Under the pieces are notes generated by a model. The model was not told where the DNA came from. It did not search any database and saw nothing but the letters and a program-made list of their open reading frames with translations. From assembly GCF_006345805.1 (NCBI RefSeq), contig NC_043018.1:15376001-15440000 (forward strand): a DNA stretch of 64,000 nt. Reading direction: 5' to 3'. Position 1 is the first letter of the stretch; each line of letters opens with the position of its first letter. Origin of the DNA: Octopus sinensis (Eukaryota). The position numbers and the translations under genes are program-made. This document shows, piece by piece, positions 26,850-40,367 of the stretch.

Positions 26850-29800
26850 CATCATCATTTTATGTCCATTTTTCTTTGCTGGCATGGATGGTTTGGCTAG
26901 AGCTAGCAAGCCAAAGAGCTGCACCAGGTTCCAGTTGTGTGTTTTAACAAGGTTTCTATGTCTGGATGCCCTTCCTAATACCAACCACTTTACAAAGTGT
27001 ACTAGGTGTGTTTTACGTGGTACTGGAACAAGTGCTTTTTATGTGGCACCAGCACTGACAGGGTCACTGAGTAATGTGCAAGACAAAAAAAATTCTCCTT
27101 CAGCTGGGAGGACTGTATGAACTAAGGTGGTTTAGTATATCAGCTCTGCTATGGTCTGTGTGTCTAAGCTGTTGGCATTTAGAGGAGCCTCTAGTCTTTG
27201 ACTGGGGACATTGGTACATAATGCAGTCCTCCATCTAATCAAACCTTGTCAAACCATTCACTCCATGGTTGATTGGAAGCCAGACTTTAAATGATGATAT
27301 ATTATCTTTGTTGCTCATGATGTGATACAGGGCGGTGGTTCTTTTAGAAAATCAAAATACAGCATGGGAGGAAAATAGTTGAGAAACCCTGAGTTGGATA
27401 CTCCTTTGTAGCTCACATCTTCAGAAATATAACAATCCAGTGATTAGTCCAGTGAAAATTAGAATCCAGTAAACACTACTGTTAACAAATTGCTATTTAG
27501 AAGAATTAAATAAGTTAAGCACTAAGTACATGACTTGAGTAACACTTGGTTCTGATATTAAATGTTATAAACACCAATTTGAGACTGGAAAGAACAGGTC
27601 CACTTGTATAGTTCAGAATTCATGCTTATTACATGTAAAATGATCACATTACCAACTATTTCACAACAGAATACACTGTTAATTTTCTTACATATTTGAA
27701 ATTTTCAGTTGAAGATTATCAACAGAGACAGACAAGCTGTTTGTATAGCTTTCTCACCAATTATAACAAACTTCAATTACAGGTACAGTACCTTACTTCA
27801 TTTTGCATATTTTTGTTTTTAAATCTTGGAAGCCCTGACACATATTTTGCCCTTTTTGGTGTGCAGAAAGGGAAGTAGTTTGTGAATGGAGAAATGAAAG
27901 AGAAGTGTGTAATGGTCAGATGGTGGTGACCCCCTTCGGTCAGACACTGACCATGGGTTTGCACCTAGAGAGTTACCATCTGAGGCACAAGTCTGGGCAA
28001 GGTTGTTTTATGGAAGACCAGCAGTCGCCCATGCATACCGGCCTCCCCCCTCCACGTCACCGATGTTGTCCAAGGGAAAGGCAAGGGCCGATACAGCTTG
28101 GCACCTGTGACGTCGCAACTCATTTCTACCGCTGAGTGAACTGGAGCAATGTGAAATAAAGTGTCTTGCTCAAGAACACAATACGCAGCCCGGTCCGGGA
28201 TTCGAGCTCACAACCTCACGATCGTAAGCTCGACGCTCTAACCACTGAGCCACGCGCCTTCACAATGGTCGTAATAGGAATGGATAAATGGTGGTATGAG
28301 CTTTAAGGTAGTAAAAGTGATGTGAATCAAAGTAGAAAGAAGAAAAGCATTGTATGGTGAAATACATGAAATTGTAGAAGAAAGAAAATCATTGTAAACG
28401 AAGGGTTGAAATACATGTCAATGGCTAAGGTAAGAAAGGAGTTGTACATGATGTGGCAGAAAAGGCTTGGAGTTGATGTCAGGGCGGCGAGCTGGCAGAG
28501 TCGTTAGCACGCCGGGCGAAATGCGTAGCCGTATTTCGTCTGCCGTTACGTTCTGAGTTCAAATTCCGCCGAGGTCGACTTTGCCTTTCATCCTTTGGGG
28601 GTCGATTAAATAAGTACCAGTTACGTACTGGGGTCGATATAATCGACTTAATCCGTTTGTCTGTCCTTGTTTGTCCTCTCTATGTTTAGCCCCTTGTGGG
28701 TAGTAAAGAAATAAAAATAAATATGCATCAGATGGAATAGTAGGTATTCAGGAGGTGATAAAAGAGATAGGGATTATGTATTTGCAGCTAGATTGATTTA
28801 GAACAAGTCTTATGGTCCTCTAACACTTTAAAATTTCAATAGAGAATCTATTTGCTTACAACAAATTTTCTCTCAAATTTTCATCATACAGTTGAAATTC
28901 CAATGTGATGAAACAGATGTCAGATACATTCAAATGATGATGTTTAGGATAAAAATGATAAACGTTGCCCTTTTTAAGCCAAGCCAGGCTCATGGACCCG
29001 GTTTCCTGGTTTCTGTGGCGTATGTGTTCCCCCCAGCTGGACGGGACACCAGTCCATTGCTGCGTTACTCAAGAAACAGGAAGAGAGAGTGAGAAAAAGT
29101 TGTGGCGAAAGAGTACAACAGAGGTCGTCACCACCCCCTGCCGGAGCCTCGTGGGGCTTTTAGGTGTTTTTGCCCAATAAACACACTCAACGCTTGGTCT
29201 GGGAATCAAAACTGCGATCCTCCGACCGCAAGTCCGCTGCCCTAACCAGTGGGCCATTGTGCCTCTACGATGTTTAGGATGCTATTGCAATATTCAAACT
29301 ATTAATATAGTTTAAGGCTTCAAACATGTGACTATATTTAAATAGATGTTTCAATTAACAAATCAATTTATGTTGTTAAAACACCCTTAATTTTTCAATT
29401 AAATACTTCATTTACTCGACATTTATACCTTATTTATTTTTATATATTTGAACAGCTTTTATGAATTTCCATATGCAGGAGAATTCCTACTCTACCATAA
29501 CAGACAGTTTCAACATAAGGTTTGTGTATTTTGGGTGTAAAAACTTTTATCTTCATTTTTTTTTTGTTCCACTTTGGTTATCGAAAAATACCTTAGGAAT
29601 GAGAACCCAGGTTCGAAATTTCCTCAAGACACCTGAAGAAGTCTGGAGGGTATATCAGCTGAAATGTTGTGTTAACAACAAATGAAGTGAGGACAAATAT
29701 CCATCGAATGTAAATAATGAAACAAATAAAAGAATATATATATCAATATATATATATGAGGCAAGTGAAAGCAAAATTGAAGTCGAAATCAAATGCAGTG

Positions 29801-30239
29801 ACTGGAATCCTGTGCTAGTGGAGCGCTAAGAGTACCATACGAGTGAGATCATTGCCAGAGCAACAAGCTGGCCTTTGTGCTGATGGCACATTAAACACAC
29901 CATTTGAGCGTGATTGTTACCACGTCGCCTTACTAGCACTTGTGCTGGTGGCACGTGAAACATTTGAACAAGGTCGTCACCAGTGCAACTGGACTGGCTC
30001 CTGTGCAGGTGGCACATAAAAAGCACCATTTGGGCATGGCCATTGCCAGTACCACCACACAGGCCCTTGTGCCGGTGGCACGTAAAAGCATGCACTACAT
30101 TCTTGGAGTGGTTGGCATTCAGCTGTAGAAACTCTGCCAGATCAGATTGGAGTCAGATTGGAGTCTGGTTCGCCAGACCTCAGTCAAATCGTCCAACCCA
30201 TGCTAGCATGGAAAGCAGACGTTAAATGATGATGATGAT

Positions 30240-30284
<45 letters not shown>

Positions 30285-31492
30285 AGTAATTGAATGAATT
30301 ATCTTATTAAGGATAATTCGAAAGATAACCGATACCTGGGTAGCAAATTCACATCAGAAAGAACACGGTTGAAGCTACGTCCCTAGGGCATAGACTACGT
30401 GTCTTCGTGCAGAAATTTGTATGTTTGTTTTAAAATTATAAGTATATGAAAGAATGGAGTTGAACGACTAGTTAACAAATATCCTTTATTCTCGACATAT
30501 GTTTCGAAGGCTGCATATTCCTAATTCCGAAGGAATAAGGAGTACATTATGCAGATTTCTCATCAGGAAAATCAAGGAAACTTATGTCGACATCAAAATG
30601 CACAAAATGCATAAAATCACTTTATCAATAAATAATCACTTTAAATACCTCATCACCACTTGATATATATATATCTATTTAAATATATGCTGCATTATGC
30701 TCCATATCTTTTCAGGTCCATATCTTTAACAGATATTGCAAGAACAAGGCTACTTGCACTTGTGCTATCGGTGTACAATCTGGTGTTGATGTTGTTGTCT
30801 TTAACCGATGTTCCCCAGATCTTGATTCCCAAACATGGACGCCATTCCAACTGAAGTCTTATTTAAAGAATGGAGCAAACTTCTCAGATGGAACAGAAAT
30901 AAGAAGAATCGCTGATGGCAAAATCTATAAGGTAATATAACTGATTTCTTTTAACTGTGTAGCATAACAAAATAATTTGTTAAAGAATGGAGTGGAGTGT
31001 AACCAGATAAAGTTCTCCCGGTATATTACTGGTATTCATCGTTAATCAGTCACTAGGTTGAAAGAGATTTACAACAATGGAGAGAAGGCAACTAAAAACA
31101 TGAAAACATTTTAGTTAAATGGTCCTGTAGTCTCCAAAGTATCTCACTGTCTTAATGAATTATAGAATTACAGATGCATAGTATTAATTGAAAACAATTA
31201 TTGATTAAAATTATTAGTTTATAATATTATTGACTGATGCAATCAGTTTACCATAGAACCAAGCCGAATCAGACTGGAACCTGGTGTTGCTCTTCTGCAT
31301 GCCAGCTCTGTTCAGACCATCCAACACATGTTACGTGGAAAGCAGACATTAAAGGAAAGATCCCCCTCCCCTCCTCTCCCCTCCTTTCCCCTCCCCACTG
31401 TTCCCAGGGCTCCGACAATTATTGGTACTACTGCTACTTTTTTCATTGACCACAACTGCTTAATTTCCCAAGCTAACAAGGTTAGCTTGGAA

Positions 31493-31526
<34 letters not shown>

Positions 31527-34500
31527 TATGTTTGACTTTTGCTTTATATTTGTACAAGTTGGCTCCAAGTCTCACCCAGAGACCTCAAGAGACAACAGGG
31601 TTGGAAGTTCATGTTGTTGTTATGCCTAGTGTGCCATATATTTGGGGGGTGGGGATGTTGTACTAATGAATGTCTAAAAAAAAAAAAAAGTTTTTTTTTT
31701 TTTTTTTTTTTAAAGCGAAAATTATGTTTGTTTTAAACCTTGAGATTACATAGAGAGTATTTTGCGTAGGATATGAGCAGTTCCCATGAGCACTATCTTT
31801 TGAACTTCTGCCATTTTTGGGTTTCCTGGTATCTGAGTTAGGTAGCTATCAGCCCCTTTTGCTATCATTCCCAGGGCACCTATGACAACAGGTATTGTTT
31901 TAGTCTTCAGCTTCCACATTTTGCTGATTTCTATTTCAAGATCTTTATATTGCTCAGTTTTTGGTAGGTCTTGACAGATACGTTATATCGATTGGGACAG
32001 TCATATCAATGAGGAGGCATGTTCTTTGTTTGAAGTTTTTCAATATGATGTCTGGCCTATTTGCATCTATCTTCCTGTCAGTTTGAATGGTGAAGTTCCA
32101 GAGGAGTGAGATGTGGTCATTTTCAAGCACTGGGGGTGGTTTGTGTTCCCACCAGTTTTTTTCATGGGGCAAATCCAGGTTTTTACAGATTACCAGTGAA
32201 TATATTGTGCAGCTCTATCGTGCCTGTTGAGATACTCTGTAGGCGCTAGAAGACTGCACTTGGAGACCACATGGTCAATGGTTTCATTTTGTTGCTTGCA
32301 TACACGACACGTTGGACTGCTTCTGATCTTTAATATGTTGGCCTGGTAGTTTCTTGTTGGTAGGCATTGATCTTGAGCTGCTATGATAAACCCCTCTGTT
32401 TCAGATTTTAAGCCAGAGGCCATTAGCCATTGATGGGTCAGGGCTTTGTCGATATCTGCACTATTCGCTCTCTTTGGGTATTTGCCATAGAGAGGTTTTT
32501 CTTGCCATTTATTATTCAGAATATCTAAGGCCGCAGTTTTGGCACGGGTTTTCATGCGCCTAGCTTTTTCTGTGCTTGTTTCTTGTATATCTATCTCTAA
32601 TTCCGAAATTGGTTGTATTCGGAATTCACTTAGATATTCCTTTGCCTGTTTTGTGACTGAGTATGATGCTTTCTTGTTTTCATGTTTTGAGACAAGTTTT
32701 AGCATCCAGTCCTCAGAGTTTTTCAGGTAGGTGTCTAGGCCAATTGTAGCAATCTTCATTGTTATTGCCAGTTGCAAAAGACCACGGCCTCCCTCTTTTC
32801 TTGGCAGATAGAGTCGTTCTGTATCTGCCTTAGGGTGGTGCATTCTATGCATTGTCAACAGTTTCCTTATTTTTCTGTCGAGCTGACATATTTCAGTAAT
32901 TGACCAGTTAACAATATTGAAACTGTAAGTCACGACTGGTATAGCTAATGCATTGATTGCTTCGATCCTGTTTCTTGCATTCAGCTCTGTCTTGAGTATT
33001 GCTCTCACTCTTCGATAGCATTCTCTCCTGATCCTTTCCTTCATCTCTGAATGCCTTATTCCGTTCCCTTCAATTATCCCTAGGTACTTGTAGCTCTCCG
33101 CTGGGTCTAGTTCTTTTATGACATTCTGTTGGTCAAGGTTAACGTTAGATGTTTCTGTCATTTTTCCTTTGATAAAGGTAGCCTTTGCACATTTATCGAG
33201 GCCGAATTGCATTCTGATGTCGTCACTGAATTGTTTGACTATCGCTAGTAAGCCCTTGAGTTGTTGATCATTTTTTGCAAAAAGCTTTAAATCATCCATG
33301 TAAACGAGATGATTTATATTTTTATCAAACATTTTATACCCGTACTGCGCATCATTGAGCAGCTTTGAGAGAGGTATTAAGGATAAACAAAAGAGGAGTG
33401 GTGACAGTGAGTCACCCTGGAAAATGCCACACGAAATTTTTACATCACCAGCATTTAGGGATTCACTGTCACTGTTCAGAGTTAGTGTGGTTCTCCATGA
33501 TCTCATACTTACAGTCAAGAAGTTTCGCAGAGTTGGTGCCATCTTATACATTTCAAGGCATTTCCTAGTCCAGCTATGTGGTAGGCTATCAAAAGCCTTT
33601 TTATAGTCTATCCAGGCTATTGATAAGTTTTTGTGTCGTTTGTGACAATCTTCTAAGATCATCTTATTGATGAGTAGTTGGTCTTTACAGCCGTAGGATC
33701 CACGTTTACATCCTTTCTGTTCATTAGGGAATATGCTGCTGTCTGTTAAAAAACTATAGGTATATTCCGTCAGGACAGATGTTAGTGTTTTGTACATAGT
33801 TGTTAAGCAGGTTATGGGTCTAGTTTTTTGGTTCATTTGTTTCTTCACTTTTTGGAAGCAGGAATGTTAACCCATTAACTAGCCAAGGAGGCATCCTACT
33901 AGGGTGTTGCAAAACATCATTGTACAGTTCTGTTAGCAGTTCATGGCTCTCTGGGAAGGCATTCAGCCAGAAGTTAGGAATTTTATCCTTTCCTGGAGAT
34001 TTCCATTTGCTTGACCTCCTGAGAGCAGATCTTATATCTTCTACCTTGACACCCTCCCACTTTTGCTCTTCTAAGGGGTCCAGTTCTGTAGATATTCTGT
34101 CAATCCAGGGGGCCTTTTCGTTGTGTGTTTTTTCTTCTGCCCAGATTTTATTCCAAAACCTCTGCACTTCTTCTTTTGATGGTACAGACCCTGCAGTAAA
34201 CGCTGTTTTTCCTATCTTCCTGTAAAAATTCTTGGTGTTATTTTTGAACATGTTGTTGTCCTTGAAAAATCTAACACGCTTTTCATACCTCGCTATGCGG
34301 GCAGCTTTGGCAGATACCTTTTGTTTGATGGTTTCTATGGTGGCATCAATATCAAGTATAGTTTTCATATTGTATTTTTTCAGTAATTTTGGGGTTTTTG
34401 TAGGTTTGGTAATCTTGTGAGCCTTAAGGTTTTTCAAATATTCAATGTCAGATCTAAATATTTTAATTTGTTGTTGCAGACGCTCTTGCCAAGAAGGCTT

Positions 34501-37500
34501 TTTGTGGGACTGTTGCTGTTTTCTAATCTTTACACCACATAGGATCGTTGAGATTTTCGCGGATGCATAGTATAGGTGGTTGAGGTTTGTGATATCAACA
34601 TCATTAACTGAAATTATATCCTTAAGTGCAAGCCGGATTTTACCAATTATTTTCATGTTTTGGTTAGAGTTGCGGATTTTAGGAAGTGTATCACGCTCAT
34701 CCATGCTGGTTTCTTTAATTTTCAGCCATTCAATCATGATTTGATTTTTTAGCTCATGTAGTTCTGTTGGGTCAATATTTGTGTGACTTTCTTTATCTAT
34801 TTGATGCTCATCTGTCTTAGTGTTTATGATTGGTTCAGGGCGTATTTCACTTTGCCTATCACTTATACTAACTCTTTCAATCCTCTCTACGTTTTTATCC
34901 GCCCTGGGCTGGTCTATAATCATTTCCTCTGTATTATCTTCTCTAGCTGCAGCTTCGTTCATTTTATCCGATATTGCTTGTCTAACCTGATCAATCTCTA
35001 CTTCAGTCAGTAATTTCTTTTTTATAATGTTTCTTCTAACATTGGCAAGCTTGTTACTGTCTATGTAGGGTCTTACTTCAGGGTGTTTCTGTCTCCAGTT
35101 TAAGTATGCTTGTACAGTGCTAGACTTATCTGTGGGGAAATATATGGCATGGTAGAAGGCCTCAAGAACTTCTTTATTATCTTCCCTAGACCATTTTTCC
35201 TTCTTTTTCTTTTGATTATTTGGTGATGAGCATGGATGGCCATCTGTTGGAATATTCCGGTTGTGGGGTTCGTCCAGCTCCTGTGTGTTGGGAAGATTTG
35301 ATCCAGTAACTGATTTTTCAATCAGGATTTGGTTCAATTTTCGGGTACGTGGTCTTTTGTAATCCGCGCAATGACCAATGCGGTTATTGTTTGATTTGTT
35401 GACCTTGAAGCATGACGAGCATCCATTCTTATATTAGGAGATGGATCTGTCAGTTTAGGGTTCACTACATGTAAGCATTGCTCATAGCGCCGCTTCTTAA
35501 GACTAGCAGATCTATATTCGTCTGTATTTTTTTTGTTGATAGTTTTATCTCCGGACATTTTTTTTTTTTTTTTTTTCCTCCTTTCCCCCTCTTCCTTTCT
35601 TCAAGGCTTACTGTGTCTGTATTAGTTCGAAATAATGAGAATAAAATACGGAGAAGGAAACGAAAAGAAAGGGAAAAAGACGGGATCTGTCAGTTATTAT
35701 TGTTATTACTATCATCTTCACCACCATCACCATCATCAGCAACATCACCATCACCATCATCATCTTCAATGACATTGTTTTATGTGTAGCCACAGCCACC
35801 ATCAACACTCCATTGTGTTGGAGAATGGGTGGTTAAAGAATTCATGTTCTTTGGGTCTATAAATAGCTACGGTAGATGGTGGAGACAAAGGACGTTAATG
35901 GTCAGTAAAAGGTCAAACCTGTTTACGTTTATTTATTTATTTATTTATTTTTTTCCTTTCTCTTTTCTTCTTCACCACATGCATATGTATATGTATATAT
36001 ATGTATATTCACTCACACATATTATCTGATGTTTTCGTCGAAGATTTTTTTTTTCTTTTTTTAAATAACTTTCTGAGTTCAATGTTATGTATATATTTTT
36101 AAATTTCTGAATTCAGTTGTATGTATATAGTAGTAGGTGCTTAATTCCATAACTTTTTATCGTGCATTTAATTGTGTTGTTACAATAAAAGGTAATTTAA
36201 AAGGCAATTTTACACATTCTTATAGTCATGAGAGACGACTAAATGTAAATGTTCACACAGAATTGGAGATATTTATGTTTCTAATTTTTCTTGTTAGGTG
36301 TACGTTTGTATGAGCTGTAGATATGTAAGTTTTTTTTTTACTTATTTTGAGGGTAATTCAAATTACTTACAGTAAACAGTAGATCTTCCAGTTTTCTACA
36401 GTTGACCTGCTGGGTTCGCTGTTGCCAGTTCAGAGCATCGTAAAAATACGTCCATCCTCTGTCACGTCCAGCCGCCTTCATTATCATTATTATTATTATA
36501 CTATGCATCTTTACCTGTAACTAAATCAGATATTTACAAACAATTTATTTGGCAGGTAATTTTCTCAACTGGAACTGTGGTAACTGTCAATGTCGGTACA
36601 ATACCTCAGTACATCAGTGCTAGAATTGAAGCCTCACCTAGTGATTTACAAAACACCGAAGGTAAGAAACTAAAAATTTAACTTTGTTTTGTAATTAAAA
36701 AAATTGAATTATAATTTAAGAGTATCTAGATTCAATCTACTACTACTACTACTACTACTACTACTAGATGTTTAGGTCTGTGTCAGCTCAGATTGAGATC
36801 TAGCCATGACTGTCCCTTCCTTTTTCTTTCTAATTTGAGGGATATTTGGATGCTATTTGTAGTAGATTGAATGGCTGAGTAGAGGCTACGTTGCTGACTC
36901 TTTAACCCTTTAGTGTTCTGATTATTCTACCAAACATAATGCTTATTGATTCACATTGATTTGAATTAATCATGCATTATCTCATATCTTCAAGAGCTTG
37001 GTGGTGTAATTGCTTAATGTAGAATAACATTGTAGGGTAGGTGTGAGAGCCTGGATCTGGTCAGTTTGAACATAAAACAGATTAAATATTTTGGCCGGAT
37101 ATGGCCAGTTTAAATACTAAAGGGTTAAAGCTATGAGAAGATTATCTCACTATGATGGAATTGTTGCTAATCATTAGTTGAACAGCTTGTCCTGTTGGTG
37201 CTAATGAACTGAAGAACTCTTCATTTCTGATCATTTAGCTTTTGAATGTAAAAACAGTGCAGTTTGAATGTTAGTTACAATCTGTTGAACACTTAAGGTG
37301 ATCTTTAGGAAGAATCAGTGTGATGCATAGTGTGACAAGGTGGACTTTGTCACACAGAAATATACCGTACCAGTTTCACTTACAATGCTTGGCTCAACCC
37401 AAGAATACGATGTCAGACATTCAATAAATAGTGATTGGGAAACTAACTACATAAAATCTATCTTGAACAGAATTTTCAAATGAGTAAAATTTGGAATCTA

Positions 37501-39803
37501 AAGAAATTGGTGAGAATGTGCATTGGCATCAATAAATCAGGAATGGAAGCTTGTGGAATGTTGAACAATAGCAGTTGGCTAGAAGAGCAGAAAGTTCAGC
37601 TTTTCAGACAGCAACTTTTCCCTTTTCCTACTTTGTCTTGGAGGTCAGGGCAATGCCAGTGATTCTTCTCTTAGTTGATCTTTGAGACTCATGGGATAAA
37701 GGGAGGAAGCTATTCTTCAATTGGAGATCTGGGTTATATACTTGCAACTGGGGTATTGTTTAACCAAGTGACCAATTAAGAGACAGAATAAATAAAACAA
37801 GTTACTTCTCTGATGTTTTAATGATTCTGCCAAGTCACTCATTTGGAATGGTCTTCTATTTTATTGACCCAGAAAGGACGAAAAAACAAAGTCCATCTCT
37901 GTGGAATTTGAACTCGGACCTCAGACTGCAAAATACTGATACTCTAATGCTTCTACCCATTCACCATCAGTAAATTATTTAATTACTATTCCGTAAACAA
38001 CCATGTCAGACCAAATTTTGCATTGCTGTCAGTTTCTACTGCATAATGTTGAATAGTTTGAGAACTGACTCTTCACCTGAGAAAAAAAAATATTCCAAGC
38101 TGAGAAATGTTATTCAATTCAGTTCCAAAATATGCCTTGTTTCTATTTGGGATAGGAACTTATCTCTTATTAATGAGTTTCAGCATATAAGTTTTTGCCA
38201 AAGTTTACCACCACCGCCGCCGCCACCACCAGTTTACCATGGCAATTTGAATGTTGTTTTCTTTTTACTTTGATTAGATATAATCCATCTTTATACAATA
38301 ACTAACAGAATGTTTTACTTGCAGGTTTATGTGGCATGTACGATGATAATGGCATGATTAGCCAAAGCTCTCCCTTGTCATATAGGTAACTGTCTTTCTT
38401 TCTTTTGGGTCAACAAAAAAGCTTATACATGGTTAAGTTATCTGTTAGAAATAGCAGTTAAATTTCCCTCAAAACATACCTTACTCTCTTAAAAAAGAGG
38501 AGACAAAGATAACGCCATATGATATTTATGTAGTGATGCTACTGTGTAAGGTTCAGCGCGCATGCGCAGAATGGGACTACTTCCGGGTGGCCACCGGAAG
38601 TCTTCCCCATGCGCATGTGCGGGAAACTGACCCCTAAGGCACAAATCACTCATTCATCCTCTCTGGCCATTTCAGCCCTCGGGAACAGACGTGCATTTGG
38701 TAGTCTCTGATAACTATACCGACTTAGCCGCGGACGACATCGAATCACTTCAACCAACCAACAAGAAGCTGTACAACAGATTCGGCTGTCGTTTTCCCTT
38801 CAGAAATTCGTACACCATCACGAATAATAAACAACATTTGCTGTTTTTCCCAGATAACCTGACTTCGTCTGTTATATCTAACTAAATTGTATGTGACGGG
38901 ATCGGATCGACACCCCTTCAGTGATACCAATTCCAGATCCTGTTACATTTACAAGGGTTGGAAAAAAGTATGATGCAGAAGAACTGGAACGTGTTTGATC
39001 ATAAGTGTGCTCTGTCACAAGGTCAGTTTGTCACTGACTAAACTGACAACTATACCAAGCCTTTTCAGTAAGGAAAGTGGGGTTTGTTGGACATTAAGAT
39101 GAATGAATAGCAAAACCTATCAAAAGATGGATGAACTCTGCTGTGTCAATGGCCATCTTACAGATAGGAATGAGAGACACCTCTAGTCTTTGTTATCTTA
39201 TAGTTTATTTAAATATTCTTTTATGGTAAAGCATTTTGCTACACTTTTTGTGTGGTCTCAGCTTAACTTTTATCAAACTGACCTATGATCAAAGACATTC
39301 TATCCATGACCATCCAGACTTAAACTCAAGCCAAGAGCATCCATTGTAACCAGGTTCACAGTGTATCCTCTTTCCTTAACATATTGAGTCCACTCTATGG
39401 AGTGGTTGGTGTTGAAAGGGCATCCAGCCATAAAAACCCTGGCCTGGGATAGTCCTCTACCTAGCCAGGTCCTGTTAACTATGCATGGAAGACAGACATT
39501 AAACGATGATGATAATGACGACAATGACGATGATGAGGAGGAGGAGGAGGATTAGAGAATGATCTTTCACTTTTTTTTTTCACCTTTTTACTTGTTTCAG
39601 TCATTTGACTGCGGCCATGCTGGAGTACCGCCTTTAATCGAGCAAATCGACCCCGGGACTTATTCTTTTGTAAGCCCAGTACTTATTCTATCGGTCTCTT
39701 TTGCCGAACCGCTAAGTAACGGGGACATAAACACACCAGCATCGGTTGTCAAGCAATGCCAGGGGAACAAACACAGACACACAAACACACATACATATAT
39801 ATA

Positions 39804-39844
<41 letters not shown>

Positions 39845-40285
39845 TACGACAGGCTTCTTTCAGTTTCCGTCTACCAAATCCACTCACAAGGCATTGGTCG
39901 GAATTTGTTACCATATCTTCCATTGAGGGGACTGTGCCTCTTCGGAGGTCATTTTGTATTTTTGTCTGAGACCTGTTATAGTTTTGTTACCATAAACTGA
40001 ACTTCTTATATTTGCAGAGTGAACTCAGCCAGTTCCATATACAGTGGTTACTGTGGCAATGCACGAAGCCTACCTGAAACTGAATACTGTGATTGCATCG
40101 ATGGAGAGACACCTATTTGCGGAAAACAGCAAGACAGAATATACTGTCCACAAGCCGACTCTAAAAGATCAAGATATGGTAAATTATCCTGATGCTTGAT
40201 CTGTCTATCTGTCTGTTTTTTCTCTCCCAGATTGATCTGTGAGCTAGATCATTAACAACCCTCAAGCAATCAACTGATTGGTGTA

Positions 40286-40367
<82 letters not shown>

